Shown: positions 39,255 to 51,795 of the stretch, one piece after another
Numbering within the stretch: the stretch's first letter is position 1
Layout: each line of letters starts with the position of its first letter
From: Hypanus sabinus
Lineage: Eukaryota
DNA length: 64,000 nt
Assembly: GCF_030144855.1 (NCBI RefSeq)
Contig: NC_082721.1
Span: 62,062,001-62,126,000, forward strand
Direction: 5' to 3'
Translations under genes and position numbers: made by a program
Notes under the pieces: model-generated
Seen by the model: the letters and a program-made list of their open reading frames with translations, nothing else
Databases searched by the model: none
Told to the model about the DNA's origin: nothing

Positions 39255-39535
39255 TCATGGACAGAGAGTTAAGGAATGTACAGCAGCATATTTTCATTGG
39301 AGGATAAGAGGATTCGGTTGTCACAGAACACTTTACTGCAGATGTACTGTCGAAAGAATCCTGAGGGGTTGTATCATGGTCTGGTATGGCAATCTGAATG
39401 CACAGGAATGCAAGAAGCTGCAGATAGGAGCGGATTCTGCCCAATACATCACAAGCAAATCCATGTCTATCAACTGTAGTTTCTACAGGAAGGCAAATCC
39501 AAAGAACCCCATGCCATCTTCTCACAGCCACCTAC
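39255..39535 (+). mobile_element. Degraded Rex1/Babar fragment
   Basis: agatgtactgtcgaaagaatcctgaggggttgtatcatggtctggtatggcaa, a RCTVExILxGCIxVWYG-like segment. Confidence 0.65.
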
Positions 39536-40783
39536 AAGGGGCAAAGTGAAACAGGGGTATTTTTGGTGTTTGGTTTCACCAAGCAGCATTGAACTGAAAT
39601 ACAACCGTTAGTTTAACTCTGAAGCTGGCCCAAGTCTACTGTCTTTTCAAGTGTGTGACCTGGACTCACGCCTGCCCGCTCGTGCTCTCTTTGTGGAGTT
39701 TGCAAATTCCCCTGCAAGTGCTTGCACTTCCCTTTCAATGTTCCTCATATCCTAGAGGCATGCAGACTGTAGTAAAATCCCGAGGAGGGGAGAGGAAAAC
39801 AAGATCGGTGTAGGATTAGTGTATATAGGTGCTTGATCCCAAGGGCAATTTGCAAGTCTCATGACCTACTCCACAACACAAGAGAGGAACCAAAAATAAA
39901 GTTGTTTGGCATGGTCAGTTCCAGTTGAAACTGCATATATATTGACTGTCACAACAATACCATGCCTCAGCGTCTCCCTTTCTTACACACACAGCTGCCT
40001 CAATATATCTTCAACGGTCATGTCTCCCTCTGACAGTGATGGAATGGCATTCAGAATTTTGCAAGGAGCAGGACCCTCTGAGATTTGCAACCAATCGTCC
40101 CTGTCCACGAACCTCACTGCAGAAGCACGTTTATGATATCGAAACTGTCAAAGCTTCATTGACTTGCAACGCCCAGAAATGTTTCACAAGCAAACTGTTT
40201 CTTTAAAGCATGGCTGCCTCAGTAAGCTCCACACACAGCAGTTTCATAATAACCAAATAATTTTGGCATTATACATAGTTAGATAAATATTAACCAGGAT
40301 ATAAATTACTGACTCATTTTCAAACACTCTTTACAACTCATGCCCCCATAGTGCTAGTCCTCTTGTTTTTACCACATACAAGCTCAATGTGGCTTGTTCA
40401 GTTGTATTTCACTGTCACAAACGTCATTTCTATAGGTGTTATATTTTCCCTAGTATAAATTCTTAGTTGGATATCTGCAGGCTTCTGTTTAGTATCTTTG
40501 TAATGCCTCTCAAACTCATTTTGTGAAATGACTGAAACAGCTGAACCAGTATCCAGTTCCACTTTAATTAATTTGCCATTCACTTCTGGCACAAACCTTA
40601 CTGCTTGTCTATTGTTAATTTTGACACTGTAAATCTCAAGGCTACACAATCCTGTGTCACTCTCATCATTATCAGATTTTTCATCCAGCATGCAGATTAA
40701 TGCTCTTTTTGAAACTGCAACTTGAACTTTTATCTTTCTTTCTTCTCTGTTCAGTTCCATTTATTTTTGCCTGCTCGTGACAT

Positions 40784-40819
<36 letters not shown>

Positions 40820-40820
40820 T
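40784..40820. repeat. (TG)n(CG)n compound microsatellite
   Basis: tgtgtg...gtgcgcgcgcgcat, 37 bp of purine/pyrimidine alternation. Confidence 0.95.
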
Positions 40821-41371
40821 CCTACTTTGTAGCGTTTTCTGCACCTTTATACCTGTATGTTTGGTGTAGGTGAGCCCCTGCCACAACGTTAACACAATTT
40901 GTTTGGCCAGGAAGATTTCTGTTTAGACGATGCAATTTTGTTCACACTCACCTTCATTCCCAACTGCAACTCAATTGCGTCTCTGTCCGCAGTTACCATT
41001 GAACTGCGATTCCCACTGCTCTTTTAAGTATCAACTGTGCTCCAGTTGGGATCTGGTTTTGAATGCCTTCGTGTAAGATTCCACAAAGTTGTATCAAGCC
41101 TATTACCAAACTGACAATGCTCAAGCTTTTCAATTTAGCCATGTACGCTGAAATGGACTCCCCATTACTTTTGATTCTGCTTATGAAACCTGAAGTGTTC
41201 TGCAGTGTGTCTTTGGTTCTAAGTGATCCTGCATCACTTTTACAATAGTAGCAAAGCTCATTTCTAATGGTTTAGTTGGAGAGGTCAAACTTTGAAGCAA
41301 AATGTATGCCTTTAAACCTAATGCACTTGGGTAAGTTGATGCTCACTTCTCACTGACCATTTCATTTGCTT

Positions 41372-42236
41372 CAGAATCAGAATCAGGCTTATGTGATGTG
41401 AAATTTGTTAGTTTAGCAGCAGCAGTTCAATGCAATACATAATCTAGCAGAAAGAGAAAAATAATAATAAATAAAATAAAACATAATAAATAAACATGTA
41501 AATCAATTATGTATATTGAATAGATTTTTAAAATGTGCAAAAGCAGAAATACTGCGTATTAAAAAAGAGAGGTAGTATCCAAAGCTTCAATGTCCATTTA
41601 GGAATCAGGACTGAGGGGAAGAAGCTGTTCCTGAATTGCTGAGTGTGTGCCTTCAGGTTTCTGTATCTCCTACCTGATGGTAACAGTGAGAAAAGGGCAT
41701 GCCCTGAGTGCTGGGGTCCGTAATAATGGACACTGCCCTTGAAGATGTCCTGGGTACTTTGTAGGCTAGTACCCAAGATGGAGCTGACTAGATTTACAAC
41801 CTTCTACAGCTTCTTTCGGTCCTGTGCAGTAGCCCCTCCAAACCAGACAGTGTTGCAGCCTGTCAGAATGCTCTCCACGGTGAAACTATATAAGTTTTTG
41901 AGTATATTTATTGATATGTCAAATCTCTTCAAACTCCTAATAAAGTATAGCTACTGTCTTGCCCTCTTTATGACAATGGTACATCAATATATTGGGACCA
42001 GGTTAGATCCTCAGAGATCTTGACACTCAGGAACTTGAAACTGCTCACCCTCTCCACTTCTGATCCCTCTATAAGGATTGGTATGTGTTCCTTCATCTTA
42101 TCCTTCCTGAAGTCCACAATCAGCTCTTTCATTTTACTGACATTGAGTGCCAGGTTGTTGCTGTGGCACCACTCCATTAGTTGGCATATCTCACTCCTGT
42201 ACGCCCTCACGTCACCATCTGAGATTCTACCAACAT
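41372..42236 (-). mobile_element. Rex1/Babar LINE 3' fragment nested in Gypsy gag
   Basis: ORF 41968-42210 RAYRSEICQLMEWCHSNNLALNVSKMKELIVDFRK; ORF 41528-41776 LFSLLPSGRRYRNL; (cagaat)n tail on plus. Confidence 0.9.
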
Positions 42237-43544
42237 TGCTGTTCCAATAGCTCTGTATACATGAACCAATTACTCATTGTGTAATTAAACTTGTGAATCT
42301 TTCTGATGAATCCTTCCTTTCTCTTTAAGAACCAGTTAATTCTTCCGTTTACAGGCTTTTTTAAAACAATTTAATGTTTCTGCACCTGCTGGACAGTTTA
42401 TTTTAAATTTGGCTGTTCTTTGCAACTTTTTTTAAAGTTCAAAAGTCTGGCTCCACTTCAATAGGTTGATAGCCATCTCAGGTTTGTTTGAAAAATACCT
42501 CTTCACCAATGTTATATTTTGTAATTTCAAAACATTAAACTAATTCAAAAGACACAGGAGTCCAGGAATACACGTCTAGTTCAAGTGCACTTAAAGTGAG
42601 ATGCTTACGTATCATTTGGTAACATGATGACATATGCAATTAACATATTTTTACATATAACCCATAATTAATTAATTAATTAAACAAACAAAAATGTTTA
42701 GTTAAACTATACATACAAATTTACTTAATATTATTGAAATATTAAATATACAATGGTACATGTGATAAATAAACTGGAATCTTGAATCTCAATAAAAAAT
42801 TACTTGGAACTTTTGAACTTTGAAGGTGCTCAAAACAGCGTTAAAGGTGTATTTGATCCACAAGTGTAGATTAACAAAAAGTTCTGGAGGTACTCAACTG
42901 AGTTATTTCCAACCAATTTAGATTTTTAATTTCAATTTCCAGCATCAGCAGTTTGTCTTTTGCTTTTCATAAGGCAGATAAGGCCTCACTTTAAAATAAA
43001 CCATTGTCTCAGATCTGAACTGACACAAGGACGGACAAGTCAAAACTAGAAAATCAGTCACTCAGACATTCAAACCAGACAAGTTGTTTTAAAAATTGTT
43101 AACATGCATCAAGTTTGACCTCTGCCATACCCCTGGCTGGAATTGCATGCTTTTCTAGGAACACAAGACAAACAATGATTTCTTCGAGTCTGTTCACTCT
43201 GTGATAAGATGGAACCTCTGCCTTGCTACTTCAACATCAGATCCCCACATCTCCGATCCACTCATTTCTCTGAACCTTATTGATCAATCTGTGTTCTATT
43301 AGAATCTCACCTCAACTTCAAACAGCACAGGGGTAACACCTGTGAAACACGGACAATGAATAAGGCTATGCAATAACCCAGCAACATGTCGAACGCACTC
43401 TAGTACCCCTTTTAATGTGCCACAGGCCTGATGCATCATAATGAGTTCTTTCAAACGTTGTTCCAAATATTTCCAGATCTGAGAATTAGGCATTCCTGCA
43501 GCACAGCTTTAAGTTACATAGTCGGAGTCATGCAGTACAGGATC

Positions 43545-43835
43545 ATGTAGTACTTTACAAAGGCAGCAACTGGGATTCAATTCTCACAAACTTCTTACAG
43601 ACAGCTGTAGGTTCTCCCCTTGACCGTGTGGGTTTCCTCCAGGTGCCCCAGTTTCCTCCCACATTCCAAAGATGTACGGCTAGGGTTGCTGTGTTGTGGG
43701 CATTCTATGTTAGCATCTGAAGCACGGTGACACTTCAGGGTGCTCCCAGCACATTTACGGAAAGTGTTGGTCACTGATGCAAATAACACGTTTCACTCTA
43801 TGTTCCGATGGACATGTGACAAATAAAACTAACCT
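43545..43835 (+). mobile_element. V-SINE (HE1-like) with tgtgacaaataaa tail
   Basis: V-domain ttctccccttgaccgtgtgggtttcctccaggtgccccagtttcctcccacattccaaaga. Confidence 0.75.
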
Positions 43836-44360
43836 TTTATTCCTTTTTTAAAAAAAAAGTGCAGATATAGTCCCTTCGGCACACAATGTGCACGTCAATG
43901 TTTTTTCCTTCTGACACTAAACCCACTTGGTTCATCGGGACAGTATCCTTCAATGCCTTGCTTGATCTCAATTGGAAATCAGATGGACAATTCAAGGAGT
44001 TAATCCACAGGACGACATGGATAGAATGGAGTGAGGGACTGACTGTATTGTTGTACAGAGAGCTGGCAAGGAGTCAATGGAGTCAAATGTGCTCTTCCTT
44101 TTCCTTAATGACAAACAACTTGCACTTTATAGCAGCTTTAATGTAACAGAACACCCCAATGTACATAAAGACTTTTTAAAAACTTCGTGAACTTCCATTC
44201 GGCCCATCATGATTTTGGTAGCTCTCAGGTCACCCATTCCCTGGAACTGATTCTCCCTCATGCCCTTGACATCCCCAACCTCTTCCTTCAGAGCAAAACA
44301 ACATAGAACAGGCGATATCAATAGCTCCCCTTCCTCGATGATTGTCTAACCACCTTTTAG

Positions 44361-45500
44361 ACCATAAGGCATAGGAGCAGAATTAGGCCATTTTGCCCAT
44401 CGAGTCTACTCCACCATTCAGTCATGGCAGATCATTTTATCTCCTCCTCAACCCCAGTTCCCAGCCTTCTCCTCGTAACCTTTGATGCCATGTCCAGTCA
44501 AGAATCTATCAATCTCTGCCTTAAATACACCCAATGACCTGGCCTCGTCAGGGCAACAAGTTCCACAAATTCACCACCCTCTGGCTAAAGAAATTTCTCC
44601 ACATCTCTGTTTTGAATGGACACCCCTCTATCCTGAGGCTGTGCCCTTTTGTCCTAGACTCTCCCACCGTGGCAAACATCCTTTCCACATCTACTCTGTC
44701 TAGGCTTTTCAACATTCAAAAAGTTTCAATGAGATCCTCTGGACCCTCTCCAATGTCACCATATCTTTACTAAGATGAAGGGCCCAAAACTGTTCACAAT
44801 ACTCAAGGTGAGGACTCACCAGTGCCTTATAAAGCCTCAGCATCACATCCTTGCTCTTGTATTCTAGACCTCTTGAAATGAATGATAACATGGCATTTGC
44901 CTTCCTCATCACCGACTCAACCTGCAAGTTAACCTTCAGGATGTTCTGCACAAGGACTCCCTAGTTCCTTTGCATCTCAGATTTTTGGATTTTCTCCCTG
45001 TTTAGAAAACAGTGCACACATTTACTTCTACTACCAAAGTGCATGCCCATGCATTTTTCAACATTATATTTCAATTGCCACTTTCTTGCCCATTCTCCTA
45101 ATCTGTCCAAGTCCTTCTGCATCCTACCCAGTTCCTCAACACTACCTGCCCCTCCACCAATCTTTGTATCATCTGCAAACTTGGCAACAAAGCCATCTAT
45201 TCCATCATCTAAACCATTGATATACAGCATAAAAAGAAGTGGTCCCAACACCAACCCCTGCAGAACACCACTAGTCACTGGCAGCCAACCAGAAAAGGAT
45301 CCTTTTATTCCCACTCACTGTCTCCTTCCAATCAGCCAATGCTCTAACCATGCTAGCAACTTTCCAGTAACATCACAGGCTCTTAACTTGGTAAGCAGCC
45401 TCATGTGTGGCACCTTGTCAAAGGCCTTCTGTAACTCCAAATATACAACATCCACTACATCCCCTTTATCTATCCTACTTGCAGTCTCCTCAAAGAATAC
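44361..45500 (-). mobile_element. CR1 LINE RT fragment plus 3' UTR
   Basis: ORFs 45315-45518 (QKAFDKVPHMRLL), 44961-45314 (VTSGVLQGLVLGPLLF...KFADDTK) and 44709-44951. Confidence 0.93.
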
Positions 45501-45778
45501 ACTAGCATGGACTTGCAACTGGCATTTAAGCCATCAAGTAACCTATGTTTGGATTGTGGGAAGAAACTGGAGCACCCCGAGGAAACCTACATATTCACAG
45601 GGAGAACATGCAAACTCCTCACAGACAGCACTACAGATCTGGATGCAGGGTTTCAACATGAAACTTTAACTGCTTCTGTCCTCGCTCAGATGTTGCTTGG
45701 CCCACTGAGAATCTCCAGCAGATTGTTGTTCCAGATTCCAGCACCTGTACTCTCTTGTGTCACCAGAGGTCAAGATTA

Positions 45779-46097
45779 AACCCAGGTCAATGGAGCTGAA
45801 AGGTATCAGAACTACCTACCATACCATTCCCCTCCTAAAAATGCGCTCCACTGTCATTGAACCCAGGTCAATGGAGCTGGAAGGTATCAGTACTACCTAA
45901 CATACCATTCCCCTCCTAAAAATGACGCTCCACTGTCATTGAACCCAGGTCAATGGAGCTGGAAGGTATCAGTACTACCTAACATACCATTCCCCTCCTA
46001 AAAATGACGCTCCACTGTCATTGAACCCAGGTCAATGGAGCTGGAAGGTATCAGTACTATCTACCATACCATTCCCCTTCTAAAAATGATGCTCCTG
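45779..46097. repeat. Tandem array of ~3.9 copies of an 81-82 bp unit
   Basis: cccaggtcaatggagctg recurs at 45781, 45862, 45944 and 46026 with near-identical sequence in between. Confidence 0.95.
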
Positions 46098-46114
46098 CTT
46101 CAAAGTTCCTTGAA

Positions 46115-46330
46115 AGAGGAGATTTTGCAGATACTGGAGATCCAGAGCCAAACGGACAGAACACTGGAGGAACTCAGCTGGTCTCACAGCATCTACTGAG
46201 GGAAACATGCAGCTGCTGACTCAGGCCAAGACCCTTCATTGTGTCTGGATGATTAAACGCCAATTATTTATTCCCATCCATAGATGCTGCCTGACTGCTG
46301 AGCTGTTCCAGCATCTTGCCTGTGCTGATT
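46115..46330. mobile_element. Penelope-type inverted pair, degraded
   Basis: ctggaggaactcagctggtctcacagcatcta pairs with tagatgctgcctgactgctgagctgttccag. Confidence 0.7.
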
Positions 46331-48499
46331 TGCTAACCAATGTTGTGCAGGTATACAAGTGAAAGTTAGTTAGCCTGACCTCTGAAGCGTTGCCAAGGAA
46401 ATAAACAAAAGATGAGAAGAAATACCTTCAGGAGACAGGAGGAAGATAAGAAGACACAAGAACTTGCTGGATAACAGTCTGAAATAAAACACTCTGGAGG
46501 CCAAGGAGAGTGTAATGACAGGCCCCTCTGTCGACTGAACGCCTGAGAAAGCACTGCCTGGCATCTCATATAATTATACATTTTTTGTTGTCAAATTACT
46601 GGTGCTCAGAGTCACAATATTAGTGATTCAACAATCAGCAGTAACAATTAAGCAATAATTTACCATACTATTTACATTCCAAATGCTACAACTTTAGTCG
46701 GAATCTTTATGTTCAGCCTGTAGGAAGAGCTCAAACTCGCAAGACCTTGATTGATCCGGCAACGCAGCAGAGGAAATCTTTAACAGAGAGACCAGCTTTG
46801 ATTACAGGTTGAGTGAGCACGGGCTTTTCTCCTTGGAGCAGAGCAGGTTGGGAGGTGACTTGATTGAGACATGCAAAATGATAAGAGGTTTAGAGACCTT
46901 TTCCCAGTGTGGAAACGGCTCATACAGAATCAGAACCTGGTTTAATATCAATGTCATACTGTATGGTATGAAATTTGTTGTTTTCTGGCAGCAGTACAAT
47001 ACATAAAATATACTATAACTAATAATATATATTAAAAGTAAATATGCAGTGCAAAAAGAGAACAAAAATATTGAGAGAGTGTTCATGACTTCATTATCCA
47101 TTCAGAAATCTGATGGTTGAAGGGAAGAAGCAGTTCCTAAAACATTGAGCGTTGGTGGTCTCAGCCGTTTGGAAAATCCCACAGGCGTTCACCGACTGAT
47201 AAGCTATCCTTCCTCTACACTTCCAAAATGCAGTCATGGTCTGTGGTAAAGTGACTGGATAGCCAGAAACTACACAGTATTGCAACACATCTGGAAACAA
47301 ACCTCTGTCTACACTTCTCGCTGCCCCAGTAAAGCAGTTTGCATAATCAAAGGCCCTATTCCCCACCCCACCAAGACATCGGACAAAAGTCTAAGCACAC
47401 ATACCACCAGGTCCAAGGACAGCTGCTATCCTACTTAATGGACCCCTCAATCTACCTCATCAGAGCCCTCACCGCCTGCGTATCACTCCTTTGAGCAGCA
47501 CGGTAGTACAGTGGTTTGTGTAATATTATTACAATCAGCGACACCGTTCCATCACTGTTTGTACGTTCTCCTCGTGAGCTTCCAGCAAGTACTCTGGCTT
47601 CCTCCAGCATCCAAAGATGTACTGATTAGTAGGTTAACTGATCACATGGGTGTAAGTGGGCTGTGTGGGCTCGTTGGGGTGGAAGAGTCTGTTGCCATAC
47701 GGTATGGCAGTGTAAATAAAAAGTAATATTCTGTATTCTGTTATTGTTCTCCCTTGATATGATAAAATGATCTGTGTGCATGGTATTACAGTGCCGGCAA
47801 CCCAGGTTCAGTTCCCACCTATACATTCTCCTCATGAGTTTCGTCTGGATGCGCTGGTTTCCTCTTTGGGTTGGTAGGCTAATTGATCACACGGGTGCAA
47901 GTCAAGGCTTTACCTGTACCTTGGTAGTTGTGACAATAATAAACCAATCTGAGCCTGTTAATGCCATTATAGAAAACGTTTTCTATATAATGAATGGTTA
48001 AGTACAGTGGTTGGCAGGATAGCTCATCAGTCGGTGAAGGGCCTGCTTCTATGCTGTATGGATCTGATTTTCAGCAGCAGCAGAGGGGGAAATATTCACA
48101 TCGCCTTTTCTGTCACCCCCATACAAGTCGGTGCTCACCGCATTGCACAAACCACTTCAGATCTAAGAGTTCATTAACTGTCAGCTGGAAGAGACCATTA
48201 CCTCATTAGCTTTACAGAGCATAGAAAAGCTGACTGTTCAATGAAATACATCCTTCGCAATCATATTGAACTCAGGAACGCCTCTCATGACTGTAATTAA
48301 TGCAACTGGAACAAATCAAAGCACACAAGACCCATCAATGTTATTACTTGGCATATTCAGCTTCACTGTGGTGAAGCTCCAAATGTTAGTCTTACAATGC
48401 ATCTCCATAAGCAGAGAAATAACACCAGATTCAGCTAGCGAAATCAAGCAATTTCTGTTAAATCAAGCATGCAGGCAATAAGGATCATCTCCATTTACA

Positions 48500-49010
48500 C
48501 AAGAGGTCCTTTAGATGCTGGAAAACCAGAGTAACAAACACACAAAATGTTGGAGGAATTCAGCTATGGGTGTGGATAAACTGTCAACGTTTCGAGCAGA
48601 GATCATTCAGCAGGACTGGGGAAGGTATACAAGCTGGCCATAGGTGAGACCAGGTGAAGGGGAAGGTGGGTGGGTGAGTGAATGGGGGAGGAGGAATAAA
48701 GTGGGAACTGGAAGAGGTGAAGGGCTGAAGAAAGAGGAATCTGACAGGATACAGTAGGAGATTGGACCAAAGGAGAAAGGGAAGGAGGAGGGGAGCCAGA
48801 GGGAGGGGATGGGCAGGTGAGGGAAAAGAGAGAAGGGGAAGGGAAGGTGTTAAAAAAGTCATTGCCCATGTCATCAGGTTGGAGGCTAAGGGTCTCAGCC
48901 TGAAATATCAACTCTTTATTCACCTCCATAGACACTGCCTGACCTGCTGAGTTCCTCCAGCATTTTGCATATGTTACACTAGATTTCCAACATCTGCAGA
49001 ATCTCTCACA
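48500..49010. mobile_element. Penelope-type element: minus-strand copy joined to an inverted plus-strand tail
   Basis: Minus copy 48500-48887 has core ccagtcCTGCTGAatgatctctgctcGAAAcgTTgac; plus tail 48888-49010 agggtctcagcctgaaatatcaact...cctgctgagttcctccagcattttg. Confidence 0.78.
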
Positions 49011-49329
49011 TTTAGGACAAACACTCCTGCTCTTTAATTCAGTACCACGGTATGTTCCCCGAAGACAGTGATTTAACAAGTAACAGAGAAGGCACCTCAA
49101 ACAATGGGCCACACCTTCTGTGCATCACGAGCATGCCAGCTCAAGTCCCCAGGATGGGATTTGAAGCCACGACCTACTGACAAGTAAAAGACTGACCAGC
49201 TGAGCTGCTTTAACAGATCCAACAAAGATTAAAATAGTTTGCATTACTTTTTAGACCGTCCAGTGTGAACTCAGTGTAAAGAAACTGACAAGTAAAACAG
49301 CAACATCAATTTCTCTAACTTCCAGTAAC

Positions 49330-49748
49330 CACACCCCCGTTTTCCATATGCCCCCTCTCTTGGTTCTTCCTCATTCTTGTGGTCCTCTCATCCCTTCTTT
49401 TCCCCTCCCCTGCTCTAATGGCCTGCCACTCACCTCTCTCCGGTTCCCTACCTCCTTCCCTTTATTCCCTTGGTCCAATTTCCTCTCCTATCTTCTTTAG
49501 CCTTTGACTTCTTCCACCTATCAACTTGTAGCTTTTCACTTCATTCCCCCCCTCACCCCACCCACCTACCTTCCCCCATCACCTGCCAGCTTGTACTCCT
49601 TCCCCCTACCACCTTACTCTGCCTTCTTCCCCCTTCCTTTCCCGTCGTGATCATGGTGAAGGGTCTCAGCACAATAAGTCGACTGTTTATTCAACTCCAT
49701 AGATGCTGCTTGACCTGCTGAGTTCCTCCAGCATTTTGTGTGTTGCTG
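49330..49748 (+). mobile_element. Penelope-type short element
   Basis: Pyrimidine-rich body, then gaagggtctcagcacaataagtcgactgtttatt...catagatgctgcttgacctgctgagttcctccagcattttgtgtgttgc. Confidence 0.75.
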
Positions 49749-50849
49749 AATGAAAAGACTTCCAGATTCTCCCTGTCACCAGAACCTGAAGCAAAACAGA
49801 TCCGCCAACAGCAGGGAACTCTGGCTAAAAACCACAGGTGTTCAGACAAAGTCTAAGTACATTTCTTATCAAAATATGTCTTGAGATATATCAAAATATG
49901 TCTTAACACTGCCTTGAGATTCATTTTCCTGCAGGCATTACAATACAATAGAATTCAAAACAACTATATATACACAAAGACTGACAAACAACCAATGTGC
50001 AGACAAAGATAAATTGTCCAAATAAGAAAAAAGTAATAAATAACACTGAAATTATGAGTTGCAGAGTTCTTGAGAGTGAATTTATATACAGTGGAGGCGA
50101 CCCAGGTTCAATTCCCACCACTGCCTGTAAGGAGTTTGTACATTCTCCCCATGACTGTGTGGGTTTCCTCCCACAGTCCAAACTTGTATCAGTCGATGGG
50201 TTAATTGGTCATTGAAAATCATCCTGTGATTAGGCTCGGATTAAATCAGGGGAATGCTGGGTGGCACAGTTCAAAATATCTATTCCACGCTGTATCTCAA
50301 TAAATTAATTAATAATAAAATAAAATGATTTTTTAAAATTGCATAAATTTACAGCCTAACTTTCAACAGAATACTGTTAAAATCTTTTAACAGGCCTCAT
50401 AAACTCAAAGAAATTAGAACCATGACCAGAGAGAGTTGTAGAGGAAGGCATGGGAACCATGCTTCATATCACATCAATTACAAAATCAGGTTAATCTGGT
50501 GAAACTGATTAAAGATTATCTGGCAAGTTTTACCTTCATGAAATGTGCAAGAGGAAATAGTCTCCCCAATTCTTAACCTCTGCTCAGCCAACTACAGAGT
50601 TGTGAACGGTCTCCATCATCACATCGCTAGTAATAGGCTTCACTCTCCATCTGAATTCAGACTGAAGGATTAACACAGTTACATAACTCCACAATTCCAC
50701 TAATTACAATGATTAATTCATGTTATGGGCAGTCAGTGCTTCCAGTTTCTTCAGCAAATATGAGATTACCAAAATCTCAGCACTATCACAAAATTAACAG
50801 TGTGGGCTGGAGGTTAGCTGTTGCCCAAGTATTTGCCAATTCAATTGCT

Positions 50850-51410
50850 CAGGCATGCCTCTACTCTCTTAGAAGTTTGCAAAGATTCACATGTCATCTA
50901 AAACCTTAACAAACTTCTCTAAATGCACAGTGGAGTGTATCCTAACCAGTTGCATTATAGGCTGGTATAGAAGCACAAATGCCCAGGAACAGAAAAGTGG
51001 TCAAGCCCAGTCCTTCACAGAAAAAGACCTCCACACTACTGTAAAACACATAAAATGCTGGAGGAACTCAGCAGGTCAGGAAGCATCTATGGGAAGGAAT
51101 AAACAATCGATGCTTCAGACCCACCCTACCACTGAACACATTTTCATGGAGCACTGCTACAAGAAGGCAGCATCCATCATCAAATGTCCCACCATGCAGT
51201 CTATGCCCTCTTCTCATTGCTACCATCAGGCAGAAAGGACATGAGCATTATGTCCCACACCACCAGGTTCAGGAACATGAATTACCCTGCGACCATCAGA
51301 CTCCAGAACCAATGTGGATAACTTCACTTATCACAACTCTGAACTGATTCCACAACCTATAGACTCACTTTCAAAGACTCTACAGCTCATGTTCTCAGTA
51401 TTATTTATTT
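50850..51410 (+). mobile_element. Rex1/Babar fragment with a nested Penelope-type tail (~51042-51120, minus)
   Basis: ORF 50891-51244 SKTLTNFSKCTVECILTSCIIGWY is interrupted by KCWRNSAGQEASMG, the translation of the nested tail. Confidence 0.8.
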
Positions 51411-51795
51411 AGAAATACATTGTGTAACAGGCCCTTCCAGCCTAACAAGCCACACCATCCAGGCACTTATTTAACAATAATCTAACCACAGGACAACTCA
51501 GTGACTAATGAATCTACTAACCAGTACGCCTTTGAACTGTGGAAGGAAACTAGAGCACCCGGAAGAAACCCATGTGGTTCACAGGGAGAACGTACAAACT
51601 CTTTACAGACGATGCTGGAATTGAACTCCAGTCTCCGGAATACGCTGAGCTGTAATTGCATCTCGCTAACTGCTATATGTGATGCGCCTCACATTTATTT
51701 TCTTCTTTTTGCATTAAAAGCACAATGTGTCTTCTTTTATACATCGGTTGTTTGTCAGTCTTTGTTTATGTGTAGTTTTTTTGTACATACTATTA

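Larger units (their letters stand above)
40335..42752 (-). mobile_element. Gypsy/Ty3 LTR retrotransposon remnant: 5' LTR (~42510-42752), PBS, gag with Zn-knuckle relics, aspartic protease; truncated before RT
   Basis: ORF 40398-40760 VNGKLIKVELDTGSAVSVIS (DTG protease motif); LC*RCGRGS knuckle relic near 40870-40900; on minus the AT-rich TG...AACA LTR is followed by ttggtgaagagg (PBS-like). Confidence 0.85.

Noticed and set aside
43424-43460. cctgatgcatcataatgagttctttcaaacgttg, loosely resembling a hammerhead core
   Set aside because: The boxes read CTGATGC and CAAA rather than CTGATGA and GAAA, there is no stem I pairing and no associated element tail.
45043-45669. 208-aa plus-strand ORF
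   Set aside because: Antisense shadow of a CR1 RT fragment running into a SINE.
45779-46097. Regularly spaced repeats that superficially resemble a CRISPR array
   Set aside because: The whole unit is repeated with no unique spacers, the context is eukaryotic and there are no cas genes.
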